A stretch of 64,000 nt of DNA, from IMG/VR virus record IMGVR_UViG_3300046524_000235. One strand, written 5' to 3'. The stretch's first letter is position 1; the number at the start of each line of letters is the position of its first letter. Source of the DNA: a virus. Taxonomy: Duplodnaviria; Heunggongvirae; Uroviricota; Caudoviricetes. Below, piece after piece: positions 1 to 9,039 of the stretch. A program made the translations under genes and the position numbers. The notes beneath the pieces are model-generated. The model was given only the letters and a program-made list of their open reading frames with translations, did no database searches and was not told the origin of the DNA.

Positions 1-13
1 TTTCTAACGCTGA

Positions 14-631
14 TTATGAATTGATCCAATCAGCGTCGTGATTAACGTTTGAATCGTAAAGAGCGAATTCTATTTCAGGTGAACCGCTTATGGAAATGCC
101 ATTCCGTAGAAATCCTAATACAGTCGCTGATACCAGTTGCCTGAACTTATCAACAGGAACTTTTCTACGCAACGTAATGAACTGAACATATGTACCGTTA
201 TCAAAAGTCTTAAACGGATTTCGGCTCAGATGTAGACCTTGACTCTGACATGTATCGGAGAGAAAAGTCTTCTCGTCTTCAGAAGCTACGATGATTGGAA
301 TGTGTGCTTCAAAGTAGCCATCTTTATCCGTATCCGGATCATATACAACCGCCTTCGGATGCCAAGGAACGGTTTCGATCTTTTCTCTAACAACTTCAAA
401 TCCTCTGGAAGAAAGAGCATCCGATACCATCCTGTTTTCCAGAATAGCATCGAAATCAGTTCCGGTTATCTTTGAAGAAGTCATTACATCTTGGACAGAA
501 CCGGAACCACCCTTCTTCTGTAAATCTAAAACGATAGGTTTAACTCTGATTTCACTACATACATCCATAAACCGTTGTACTTCTTGAGTTCTTACCGTTA
601 CGTGAATCTCGTAGTGAATCGGACGTTCCAT
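14..631 (-). CDS. Hypothetical protein with two E-x-H motifs (internal duplication)
   Basis: 205-aa ORF in tandem with neighbours; YEIHVTV and YFEAHIPI motifs; no family confidently recognised. Confidence 0.55.
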   Translation of the reverse strand: MERPIHYEIHVTVRTQEVQRFMDVCSEIRVKPIVLDLQKKGGSGSVQDVMTSSKITGTDFDAILENRMVSDALSSRGFEVVREKIETVPWHPKAVVYDPDTDKDGYFEAHIPIIVASEDEKTFLSDTCQSQGLHLSRNPFKTFDNGTYVQFITLRRKVPVDKFRQLVSATVLGFLRNGISISGSPEIEFALYDSNVNHDADWINS

Positions 632-638
632 ATTTACC

Positions 639-1091
639 TCAAGTGTTAGGGATTACAAAGACTTTGACTCCACATTCTTCATACATCTTCTGGGTTAGTT
701 CCCAATCTTCCTTCCAGCGGTTTTGAAGCAAAGCATCTGCCTCTAGATAAACCTCTGTAATTCCAGCTTGTACAATTGCACGAGCGCAGTCCACACAGGT
801 AGGGAGGCGAGACACATATATTCGACTGCCTGCCAATTCGTGTCCAGAGCGTGCAGCGCTATAGATTGCATTACGTTCTGCATGTTCAACCCATTTGTAC
901 TTCTCTTTTGTTCTGTCGTGACGTTCAGGTGCGTCATCATTAGATCCTCTTGGAAATCCGTTGTAGCCCCAGGATAGAGGCTCGTTGTTCTTGCCTAGAA
1001 TCAATGCTCCGATCTTCGTTGACTGATCTTTGCTATAGAGATCCCCGATAAACTTTGCATGTTCCATATGCTTAGAATGATTATTGCTCAT
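639..1091 (-). CDS. dCMP deaminase (zinc-dependent cytidine deaminase fold)
   Basis: HAERNAI and PTCVDC zinc-binding motifs; SWGYNGFPRG segment typical of dCMP deaminases. Confidence 0.92.
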   Translation of the reverse strand: MSNNHSKHMEHAKFIGDLYSKDQSTKIGALILGKNNEPLSWGYNGFPRGSNDDAPERHDRTKEKYKWVEHAERNAIYSAARSGHELAGSRIYVSRLPTCVDCARAIVQAGITEVYLEADALLQNRWKEDWELTQKMYEECGVKVFVIPNT

Positions 1092-1371
1092 GGAACAACT
1101 TCCTTAGTTTTTCATTGAATTGCTTTACTGCTTCTTTGTTACCGGCTTTAGCTTCTTTTGTAACCTTCGAAATATCAGACCATAGCCAGGCTCCGAAGAA
1201 TACAAAGAAGATGTTGAATACAGGAATGAGTCCAATGACGAAACTAACAAACGCATCCCTATTGGTAATCTCCGCCTCTACATCGTAGCTATCCAACACA
1301 GCTGAAACCTTTGGACCAAACCACGTACACAGCCCTAAGGCAATCAGATAAATCACAAACATTACACTCAT
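1081..1371 (-). CDS. Small membrane protein (two predicted TM segments)
   Basis: Hydrophobic N-terminal and central segments; overlaps next gene start. Confidence 0.6.
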   Translation of the reverse strand: MSVMFVIYLIALGLCTWFGPKVSAVLDSYDVEAEITNRDAFVSFVIGLIPVFNIFFVFFGAWLWSDISKVTKEAKAGNKEAVKQFNEKLRKLFHEQ

Positions 1372-1380
1372 ACCGCTCTC

Positions 1381-1644
1381 TTATTTAACAGGGACCCAAC
1401 CAGAAGGCGTTAACTTATCAACGTCTTCAGCTTGAGCATTTTTGTCTCCTTCAATCTCCTTGATAAGCGGTGGAGTGGATTCGATAATGACCGATCCATC
1501 AACGCCTTGAAAAAATTGAAGCACATGACCATCAATTTCGTGGCCTTGATTTACTGTACCAGATTTTCCGAAAGCTTGCTCATCTCTCTTCTTCTGGTTC
1601 TCGATTACATCTTTGAGAGTTTTTTCATTGATATGGAAAAACAT
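1381..1644 (-). CDS. Hypothetical protein
   Basis: 87-aa ORF with AAGGAAGG RBS, tightly packed in operon. Confidence 0.6.
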   Translation of the reverse strand: MFFHINEKTLKDVIENQKKRDEQAFGKSGTVNQGHEIDGHVLQFFQGVDGSVIIESTPPLIKEIEGDKNAQAEDVDKLTPSGWVPVK

Positions 1645-1652
1645 ACCCTTCC

Positions 1653-3281
1653 TTATTTGTAGACAAACGCATCTTTAAGCCACTTCGGTAATTTGCTGGA
1701 ATTGTTCGCAATGAACTTATTAAATCTAGAGTCCATCAAAAACGTTACTCCGAAGTCATCCTCTGCACGATTCACACGACCAATCTGCTGACCGAACGTA
1801 ATCAATGCCTGATAATTGTACCAGTTGAAATCGTTCTTTACTTTAAAATTGACGAACTCATCCGACGTGTTGAGGTATGGGATGCGAAGTACGATCTGGA
1901 ACCTCGATCTATCGTACTTGAAGTCAACACCTTGCTGACAGACCGGAGAGAGGAAAACCTTTGGCTCTTTGGAGGCGTAAAACTCCGAGAGCTTCTCTTG
2001 GACATTAGACTTGTCATGCCATATAACGCGTCCGGGTGGAAGCCAACTTGCAATTTCTTCAGCAGCCTGATAGGAAGGAACATGAATTAATCCTTTAACG
2101 TCATGGAAGATATTCAGGATCTTGTTGATCTTCTCAACCATTTCCTTAAAGTTATCATTCCAGTTAGCAAACGAAGTATCGACTTGATACTCCGGCTTCA
2201 AAATAATCGGCCTACTCTTGACCGGAAACGACGATGGAACACGAATGAAGTAAGCATCTTCAGGTTTGATACCGATGCTTCTGCAATACATATTCTTGTC
2301 ATAGATCGTACCTGACATCAGCAATACGTGTTCGCCATAGTCAAACATCAACCTAGTCGGAGCACTGCCTACGCTGTGCGGAATGAATTCAAACACAGTG
2401 TTGATACAACGATCACCAAGATAATTCGGAGTACGCTTAACGGTAAATGCTTCGCCGTAATACTCAGCCTTTTCCTTGAATGCCAGAATCTGTTCGAGAT
2501 ACTTGTCACGCTCGGTGATATAGTTCTCATCAACCTCTTTCATTGCTTTTTCAGATGCGCTTACTTCTGGCAGAAACCTGTCTGTCATAAAGAAATCACA
2601 CCACTTATCGATTGAAGGATCTCCAGGAGTATCAATTGCTTCAACCAATCCCTTGAGCGTTACCTTCTTCGTAATGAAGTCACGAATGATACTTTCAATC
2701 ATATGTGCTTCATCAATTACCAGCAAACGTCGCTTCTGAAATTTCTCACCGAAATTCGTTTGGAAGATAAACGAGTGAACGTTGTGAATAACTGTATGGT
2801 GTTCTTGTGCTACTTCGATTGCAGCTGTGTACGGGCAAGGCCCTTGCGCTTCTACACACATCTTATACACAGTTTCACTATTACGACACGGTGCGTTAGC
2901 ACAGTTGTCTTCGCCTTGACCTGGCTGTTTTACTTGGCCTTTCTTGATATCATTAATCACCTTCATGTAAATCTTGCGACTCTTGTTGCGAGTACACGGA
3001 TACGCATTACGGCCTTTCATCAGAACTGTGTCTTCTGAAAAGTCTTCGTAATACTGGTTCTGCAAGGATTTCTGAGGAGTGATAATGTGGGAGTCTTGAA
3101 ACTTTCTTCCGAAAGTCATAGCTACGGGGGATTTGCCAGAACCAACTGGTGCTTCTAGAATGACGAATTTCTTGCCCTCATGAAACGCTTTATCGATTTC
3201 CAACAATACTGCTTTCTGCGTAGGCCTCGCTTCTTCCAAAGGGAAAAAAGAAAGGATGTCGCTTTTATACTCTTGCTGCAT
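1653..3281 (-). CDS. DinG/XPD-like superfamily 2 helicase
   Basis: Walker A EAPVGSGKS, Walker B VIDEAH, LMSGT, QGVDF, QQIGRVNR; Cys cluster after motif I consistent with an Fe-S domain. Confidence 0.88.
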   Translation of the reverse strand: MQQEYKSDILSFFPLEEARPTQKAVLLEIDKAFHEGKKFVILEAPVGSGKSPVAMTFGRKFQDSHIITPQKSLQNQYYEDFSEDTVLMKGRNAYPCTRNKSRKIYMKVINDIKKGQVKQPGQGEDNCANAPCRNSETVYKMCVEAQGPCPYTAAIEVAQEHHTVIHNVHSFIFQTNFGEKFQKRRLLVIDEAHMIESIIRDFITKKVTLKGLVEAIDTPGDPSIDKWCDFFMTDRFLPEVSASEKAMKEVDENYITERDKYLEQILAFKEKAEYYGEAFTVKRTPNYLGDRCINTVFEFIPHSVGSAPTRLMFDYGEHVLLMSGTIYDKNMYCRSIGIKPEDAYFIRVPSSFPVKSRPIILKPEYQVDTSFANWNDNFKEMVEKINKILNIFHDVKGLIHVPSYQAAEEIASWLPPGRVIWHDKSNVQEKLSEFYASKEPKVFLSPVCQQGVDFKYDRSRFQIVLRIPYLNTSDEFVNFKVKNDFNWYNYQALITFGQQIGRVNRAEDDFGVTFLMDSRFNKFIANNSSKLPKWLKDAFVYK

Positions 3282-3426
3282 GGCTGTTTCACCAAATTAA
3301 TTGAGAAGGAGGAAGATCGGCCTTCACCATTGGAGCGTTGACGAGGACGTAGGACAAGTACGTCTTCAGCTTGACGACAATAATGCGATCTTCCTCAATA
3401 CTCTTATACCAAAATACTGGGGATTA

Positions 3427-3945
3427 TTACCCGTAGACGATTGTCTGGATAAAGTCCATCTTGTAACGATTGCAGATACAGAGAACATTGGCAAGCATAT
3501 CAAGGATACCAACTTGCATCAGGTCCATGTCAACCATGTCTGGATTGTCAGAATCAAAGGCCCCAACGTAGTAGTCCAGAATCATGTTTGCATAAATGTG
3601 TTGAATGCTAAGAATACACATCGTAGCATCCATCTTGTTTTCATCGATGATCTCGTCTTCAACAAATTCTTCTAGTTCCTCGTACTCAGGAATGTATAGA
3701 TCAAGGCAGTGAGCAATGACGGCAATGTGCTGGATAACGGATCTAAGTTCCTTAGCTACAGCATCGAGATCTGGACTCTTGCCAGTACCTCGTACCTCAT
3801 ACACCTTCAATAGAACACTGGAAAGTGCTACTGACAAATTCAACGCACATGTAGCTAACAGATCCTCTACTTGAGCGTAGTTGTCCCCTGCAAGGTACTC
3901 ATCTAGTGCAACAACTTTAAGCTTTTCAATTTCTTCCATTACCAA
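3427..3945 (-). CDS. Acidic all-helical hypothetical protein (possible degenerate MazG-like fold)
   Basis: Helical pattern AKELRSVIQHIAVIAHCLDL resembles MazG helices but lacks a clear ExxD set; weak call. Confidence 0.45.
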   Translation of the reverse strand: MVMEEIEKLKVVALDEYLAGDNYAQVEDLLATCALNLSVALSSVLLKVYEVRGTGKSPDLDAVAKELRSVIQHIAVIAHCLDLYIPEYEELEEFVEDEIIDENKMDATMCILSIQHIYANMILDYYVGAFDSDNPDMVDMDLMQVGILDMLANVLCICNRYKMDFIQTIVYG

Positions 3946-4781
3946 ATCTCTAGTCTTGTGCTCGGGTTAGGATTAAGCCATCCTACCGGTATAGCTGTTT
4001 TCAGCGGAGCAACCGTTACAACTTCGTCTTCCCATTCTAAAGACATCTGTTCCCATTGTAAATCAGTTTTTTGCCACTTGAAGATGTCTGTTGTTCTAGT
4101 ATCTGCATCCCGTGTAATATCTGTCTTACGAAATGATCGTATCGGATACGTTAGCTCTGAAACTATTTGACAGATAACCTTGTACTTGACTATTTCAGTG
4201 GTTTCAATTTTAAGAATTTTCATCTTAGGAAAGATGTTTCTAAATTCGTACTTTAAAATTTCTTCAGAACCGTACTCTTTCAAAATAGACTCAAAGTAAT
4301 TTTTACCGAATTCCATCTTCCAATACGTCTTACCTTTTTTAGAAATAAGATCTACTCCGAACGCAGAAAGCCTGTGTCTCACTTCTTTGGTGTTGATATT
4401 CTTTAACGTGAAGGTATTGAACCGATTAAGCTTCTTGTCAACCGATCCTACATATTGATCGTATAAAAAAACCTCACCAGTCTTAGCACGATATTCCACA
4501 GACTTTGATTTGAAGTTGAGATTATTACTTATGCACATAGAGATATCGTTGTTCAGAATATGACCAGCGCGATGAGTAACTACTCCGTTTGGACTACGAG
4601 AATATTTCCACTTACGTTCTCGTTTCGTCTTTAAGTCATACTCTAATGTGTACATCCACATAGGTTTACCTCTGCCGTTATAATTAGCAGGGTATCTAAT
4701 CTTATTGTATTCAGGCGTACCGATAACTAAATCAGCATTAGCCTCTGTATCTCTTTGAATGTAAAAATGGATGATATTCAA
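3939..4781 (-). CDS. Hypothetical protein
   Basis: 280-aa ORF directly downstream of promoter motif at 4816, GGAGG RBS. Confidence 0.65.
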   Translation of the reverse strand: MNIIHFYIQRDTEANADLVIGTPEYNKIRYPANYNGRGKPMWMYTLEYDLKTKRERKWKYSRSPNGVVTHRAGHILNNDISMCISNNLNFKSKSVEYRAKTGEVFLYDQYVGSVDKKLNRFNTFTLKNINTKEVRHRLSAFGVDLISKKGKTYWKMEFGKNYFESILKEYGSEEILKYEFRNIFPKMKILKIETTEIVKYKVICQIVSELTYPIRSFRKTDITRDADTRTTDIFKWQKTDLQWEQMSLEWEDEVVTVAPLKTAIPVGWLNPNPSTRLEIW

Positions 4782-4840
4782 TTCAGCCTCCTAGAAAGTA
4801 TTCTTTACTAAGAGGCTTATACCAAATAAAAACGGTTAGT

Positions 4841-5533
4841 TTAATCGTCTGAAGTTTGTACTGTATGAGTACTGAATTCGATACCGAAGACTTGGTCTGG
4901 ATTGAAAATTGCAGTTTTGATATGTGACACAACGCTATCGCTCAGAAGAACTTCGAAGTGATTGAATGGTACTTCGATTTTCTTAGCACGTCTTAGAGCA
5001 CGTTGAGAATTGACAGTTACTACACCATCATTTGATTCCGGATAGATCGGATTGTTGCCAGATGTGGTTATGAAATTAAGCGTAGGAACAACAGCGCCTA
5101 CAGCCTTGATATCATTGACTACTCTATTCTTGGTAGAGATATTCTTGAATAGATGATAATGCGGAAAAAGCCACTGAAGATAATCTGCTCCTTCACATCC
5201 ACCTATGGGAGAAGCCATTGTGATTACGCCCTTAATGTCTTTGTTTAACTCAAAGTGTTTAACTCTCTGAGATACTGCTACTGCTAAAACCCCGCCTAGA
5301 CTATGGCCAATCAAATAAATAGGCCTGTCAGAGGGGAGTGAATCAGCAATGATTTCTACTGTTGATGCAATAGGATCTTGACAATCATATCGCACATTTA
5401 CAAATTCTGTGCCATCCATTTCTTCAAACTCGTGAAGCTTTGTTTGAATGGCGGAGAAGGACGTAGGTGTTGCGTTAGCGCCGTGAATAAACCAAATAGA
5501 TGGCTTCTTCACATGGGTTAGTTCGTTACTCAT
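4841..5533 (-). CDS. Alpha/beta hydrolase (lipase/esterase-like)
   Basis: FIHG oxyanion motif, GHSLGG nucleophile elbow, NDGVV and HFEVL for the Asp/His of the triad. Confidence 0.85.
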   Translation of the reverse strand: MSNELTHVKKPSIWFIHGANATPTSFSAIQTKLHEFEEMDGTEFVNVRYDCQDPIASTVEIIADSLPSDRPIYLIGHSLGGVLAVAVSQRVKHFELNKDIKGVITMASPIGGCEGADYLQWLFPHYHLFKNISTKNRVVNDIKAVGAVVPTLNFITTSGNNPIYPESNDGVVTVNSQRALRRAKKIEVPFNHFEVLLSDSVVSHIKTAIFNPDQVFGIEFSTHTVQTSDD

Positions 5534-5852
5534 TTTGTAATATCCATTTTGTGAATTCTGGATTGTCTTTGAGCACAGCTAGCAATACGCTTGCGATATT
5601 ACTTACTTGCTGTTCAGTCATTCCCGTCACTAGGGTTTCATCGATTGCATGGATGGTTTCATGAAGCAGAGTATCTTGCATATACCCAAGCGCTGTTTTT
5701 TCTCTTACAAGAATGTCTTGAGAATCTAGCTGCATTAAGCCATCAGCGTCTGTCCATTCATCATCTTTCATATACCTGATCTTGAAAATCTTACCTAGTA
5801 CCCGTACCTGATCAGGTAACTTATTGTAAACCGGTCGTTTAATTTTGTCCAT
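5526..5852 (-). CDS. Small zincin-like metallopeptidase
   Basis: TLLHETIHAI (HExxH) motif. Confidence 0.7.
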   Translation of the reverse strand: MDKIKRPVYNKLPDQVRVLGKIFKIRYMKDDEWTDADGLMQLDSQDILVREKTALGYMQDTLLHETIHAIDETLVTGMTEQQVSNIASVLLAVLKDNPEFTKWILQNE

Positions 5853-5922
5853 GTTTGTGTTCCAGAGTTTCGCTCCTCTAATTGGTTATTAAGCTAAAAA
5901 AAGCGACTCACTTTAGAAAGGC

Positions 5923-5952
5923 AAAAAAAGACGCTCCAAACTTCGGAGCGCC
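5923..5952 (-). terminator. Intrinsic terminator
   Basis: CGCTCC/GGAGCG stem with an A7 run on the plus strand (U tract on minus). Confidence 0.7.
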
Positions 5953-5955
5953 TCT

Positions 5956-6102
5956 TCATTCCTTCTTCTCGCCTTCTTCCGTCGTTTCGAATATGCCTTT
6001 GAAAGCGCCTACGATCCCAGAAACTACAACTGCGAAAACGATCATTATCAGCACTGCTGCTACGACGATTACTACAGAAGCCTTGAACAGAAACACGAAC
6101 AT
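5956..6102 (-). CDS. 48-aa single-pass membrane micro-protein (not in ORF track)
   Basis: GGAGGT RBS; MFVFLFKASVVIVVAAVLIMIVFAVVVSGIVGAFKGIFETTEEGEKKE. Confidence 0.7.
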   Translation of the reverse strand: MFVFLFKASVVIVVAAVLIMIVFAVVVSGIVGAFKGIFETTEEGEKKE

Positions 6103-6122
6103 GTCACACCTCCAGAGGAGCG

Positions 6123-6287
6123 TTACATGCAGACGTTGCTTCCTGAGCAGAAGGATTGAATGGTCAAGGTCGCAAGAATGGTGACTGCAACAACCAGTAC
6201 CATCAAGCTACCGAAAACCTTCAGATCTTCCTTGTCTGCTACAACTTTTTGCTCAGACAACATATGTCGCATATCGATGTTTTTCAT
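6123..6287 (-). CDS. 54-aa single-pass membrane micro-protein (not in ORF track)
   Basis: First ORF after promoter motif 6330; MKNIDMRHMLSEQKVVADKEDLKVFGSLMVLVVAVTILATLTIQSFCSGSNVCM. Confidence 0.65.
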   Translation of the reverse strand: MKNIDMRHMLSEQKVVADKEDLKVFGSLMVLVVAVTILATLTIQSFCSGSNVCM

Positions 6288-6359
6288 TTGGAACTTGTCC
6301 TTCCAAAAAAGATTGTTTTACCCAATTCTCTTATACCAACTTACGATATTGTAATTGAG

Positions 6360-7022
6360 TTAAATGGATTTAAGAATAGCCTTCTCTTTGTTGACTTTCG
6401 ACAGGTACGTTTTAGCTTTCTTACCAGCCAGGAAATTACCGATCCCTATGTTGTAAGCCTGGATTGCTCCTGACCTACTGTGTGTGATTTCGTAATACTC
6501 GCTTAGAACTTCTGTCCCAACACGGATATTGGTGTCGATGTTTTTGAGACTTTCACCACGTGTCTTAGCACGGTGTGATTTAGCCTCTATTTGCATCAGG
6601 CCCCACGATCCTCTGTGCTGCGCATTTGTGTTGTAAGTAGACTCTACAGCGATGATTGCAAGAATATCATCTGCTGTTGGAAAATCTGGCCGAGAATACT
6701 TAAGGGCAGTTTCCACGATCTTTTCAATGAACCATTCAGGCTTCTTGAATCTACTTGCAACAAATTTGATCAGTTTTGCACTTCTCTGATCTTTCGTCTC
6801 TTGTGGTTCATCAGAACCTATGAACTCATATAAAGAGAAAGTATCTTGTTGCTGTAACGCAGCATTTAAGACAGTGGATTCCCGTGTGGGTGTGGTTGCT
6901 AAAACAGGCGTATTGATTGATGAATTATCAAATTTGACTTCTTGAGAGCCGCACGCCGAGAGTAGCACCGTTACTGCAAGTGCGGGGAAGAACTTTCCTA
7001 CCCATCGTCGGATATAAGCCAT
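6360..7022 (-). CDS. Lipoprotein lytic transglycosylase (SLT domain)
   Basis: Start reassigned to ATG at 7022 (GGAGGT RBS); lipobox LLSAC; catalytic AVES, GLMQI and AYNIG motifs. Confidence 0.88.
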   Translation of the reverse strand: MAYIRRWVGKFFPALAVTVLLSACGSQEVKFDNSSINTPVLATTPTRESTVLNAALQQQDTFSLYEFIGSDEPQETKDQRSAKLIKFVASRFKKPEWFIEKIVETALKYSRPDFPTADDILAIIAVESTYNTNAQHRGSWGLMQIEAKSHRAKTRGESLKNIDTNIRVGTEVLSEYYEITHSRSGAIQAYNIGIGNFLAGKKAKTYLSKVNKEKAILKSI

Positions 7023-7102
7023 TAGGTAAAACCTCCAATTTAAAAATAAAAAAAGGCTGCTCGACGTGAATCGAGTAGCCCTTTGATTGAGTTTAACCCC
7101 AA

Positions 7103-7468
7103 TCAGACTGCTTGCAAAGTCCGGCGTTGTTGCGGCGCAACTCGAACGAGCTTGTCGGTAGTGTATTCGCCTTTTGCAACCTTGACATCGTACGCCCACT
7201 TACGCTTGCTTTCAGTGCGTAAGAAGTGTATCGATTTGTATTCCGCACGACGATTGTGACGAATCGTATGCTGTTCTGCGTAAACCACTTCCGGATGCAT
7301 CTTGGCGATCATTTTCATGATCTCTTCTCGGTGCTCACCGATATCCGGCAAGCCCTGGTAGATGTCAAGAGGAAGAGGTTCAACCTTCTTGATCTCTGCC
7401 GACACTTCCACTTGGGTAAGCATCGACTTAGCTTGAAACAATTTCTTGAGTGCTTGAACGAAGTTCAT
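7103..7468 (-). CDS. Hypothetical protein
   Basis: 121-aa ORF with RBS, between terminator-like hairpins. Confidence 0.6.
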   Translation of the reverse strand: MNFVQALKKLFQAKSMLTQVEVSAEIKKVEPLPLDIYQGLPDIGEHREEIMKMIAKMHPEVVYAEQHTIRHNRRAEYKSIHFLRTESKRKWAYDVKVAKGEYTTDKLVRVAPQQRRTLQAV

Positions 7469-7534
7469 TTGGCGTTTTCCTTTTATATGTTATACGTGGT
7501 GAGAGCGGAGCCTAAGCCCCGCCCTCGTCCAGGT

Positions 7535-8260
7535 TCACTTCAACGACGCAAGACCCATACGCTGTCGGATCAACGGATCCACCGGCTCGTTGTGAGCTAC
7601 TGCTTGCTGCTTGTCTGCTGCAGCTTTTTCCAGCTTGGTCTCCGGGCACGAAACTCCTGCATCACGATACGCTTGACGCACATCGTCTGACAGATTGCAC
7701 AACATGTTGACTGAAGCTTGGGCAAGCTTGCCCGACATTGCCGCAAAGTTCGCAGCGCTGTCTTGATACGCCACAGACGCCTGTACATCGTTGCGCTTCT
7801 TGGCATCGTCAGCCAGAGCCAATGCACGTGCTGCTGCGTTGCCGAACGTTGCTGAGAACTCCATCGTGTGTACTGCTGCACGAGTGTTCACGCAAGCTAC
7901 GCCTGGCTCCTTCAGCACCGGCCCACCAGCGGCCAGTGTTGCGTAAGGGACGCTGATACCGGCCTGTTGCGTACCGCCGCAATAGTCCGATGAGAATGAG
8001 CTGGAGAATGATCCCAGGCCGACTGCCGTGTTCGAACCCGTCACACCGGAGTAATGCACATCGGTGGAGGTATGTTCCGGCGAAGTCGTGTTGAAGTTGT
8101 TCGTGGCGCTAACACCCTGATTGCTTGCCTCGGTTTGCGAGACTGCATTCGTGGTGCTTGTGTTGCTGACATCCGCGTTGACTTTGTTTTGAGCCATTGC
8201 GGTCGAAGCTATCACCAATCCCAGAGCAGTGCCCAGGATAACTTTTGCAAAGCGATTCAT
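7535..8260 (-). CDS. Secreted Cys-containing protein
   Basis: Sec signal peptide (AMA-Q); Ser/Thr/Asn-rich linker; four spaced cysteines; locally GC-rich. Confidence 0.7.
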   Translation of the reverse strand: MNRFAKVILGTALGLVIASTAMAQNKVNADVSNTSTTNAVSQTEASNQGVSATNNFNTTSPEHTSTDVHYSGVTGSNTAVGLGSFSSSFSSDYCGGTQQAGISVPYATLAAGGPVLKEPGVACVNTRAAVHTMEFSATFGNAAARALALADDAKKRNDVQASVAYQDSAANFAAMSGKLAQASVNMLCNLSDDVRQAYRDAGVSCPETKLEKAAADKQQAVAHNEPVDPLIRQRMGLASLK

Positions 8261-8363
8261 GTTAACTACCCCAGAATTTAGTATCGTTATGTAGGCGGAG
8301 CGTACCCCATCAGTACGCCCCTACCTGTGGCCTTTTTACTACGGTGCTTCTACTACCCGTCGC

Positions 8364-8903
8364 TTAGAAGCCTGCGACGTGGCCGATGGCCGACAGACCT
8401 GCCGAACCTTCGATGCCAGCCATGCCGGTCACGCCGACGATGGTTTGCGTTGCTGCAGCTGCGGCGGTGTTCTGGACTTGAGCGACGCCAGCGGTGCCGT
8501 TGATGAGCAGACCCTTGTCGTCCAGAGTCGGCAGTTGCGACGATTGGTTCGAGTTCGACACGACGTTCGAGACTGCGCCTTGCGAGGTGTTTGCCGTCAC
8601 GCTGTTGGGCTTTACGTCCACGCTTGCCGTCGTCGTGCCAGCGCCGGTCGAGATGGTCGATTGCGTACTGTACGCATTCGGGCCGAAGACCTTCGTGGAC
8701 GACACTGCGTTGCCGCTGGTTTGGCTCGAAGCCGACAGACCTGCGTTGACCTGACCGACCGTGATCTGGCCGCCGATTTCTGCTTGTCCGGCCACGCCGC
8801 CCGAGACTGCGCCGCCGTTGTTGCCGTTGCCATTGCCGTTACCAGCGAATGCAGCGATGGATGCGAGGGAGAGGATTGCTGCAGCGATGAAGTTGCGTTT
8901 CAT
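8364..8903 (-). CDS. Secreted low-complexity Gly/Asn/Gln/Ser-rich protein
   Basis: AGGAG RBS; signal peptide (AFA-G); GNGNGNGNNGG N-terminus. Confidence 0.7.
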   Translation of the reverse strand: MKRNFIAAAILSLASIAAFAGNGNGNGNNGGAVSGGVAGQAEIGGQITVGQVNAGLSASSQTSGNAVSSTKVFGPNAYSTQSTISTGAGTTTASVDVKPNSVTANTSQGAVSNVVSNSNQSSQLPTLDDKGLLINGTAGVAQVQNTAAAAATQTIVGVTGMAGIEGSAGLSAIGHVAGF

Positions 8904-9039
8904 GGTGTTACTCCTAACAGATTGGTTGAGTTTTTGTACTGCGGTTGTTTGCCAATAGGAGACTACACTCTTTGTAGGTTGGCCATCTACTTTGAGTATT
9001 CACTGCCGTGTGTTTAGCACGGCCCCCGGGAATACGGTT

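Noticed and set aside
7023-7199. N-terminal 59 aa of the tracked SLT ORF
   Set aside because: The extension runs through a terminator hairpin; the RBS and lipoprotein signal point to ATG 7022.
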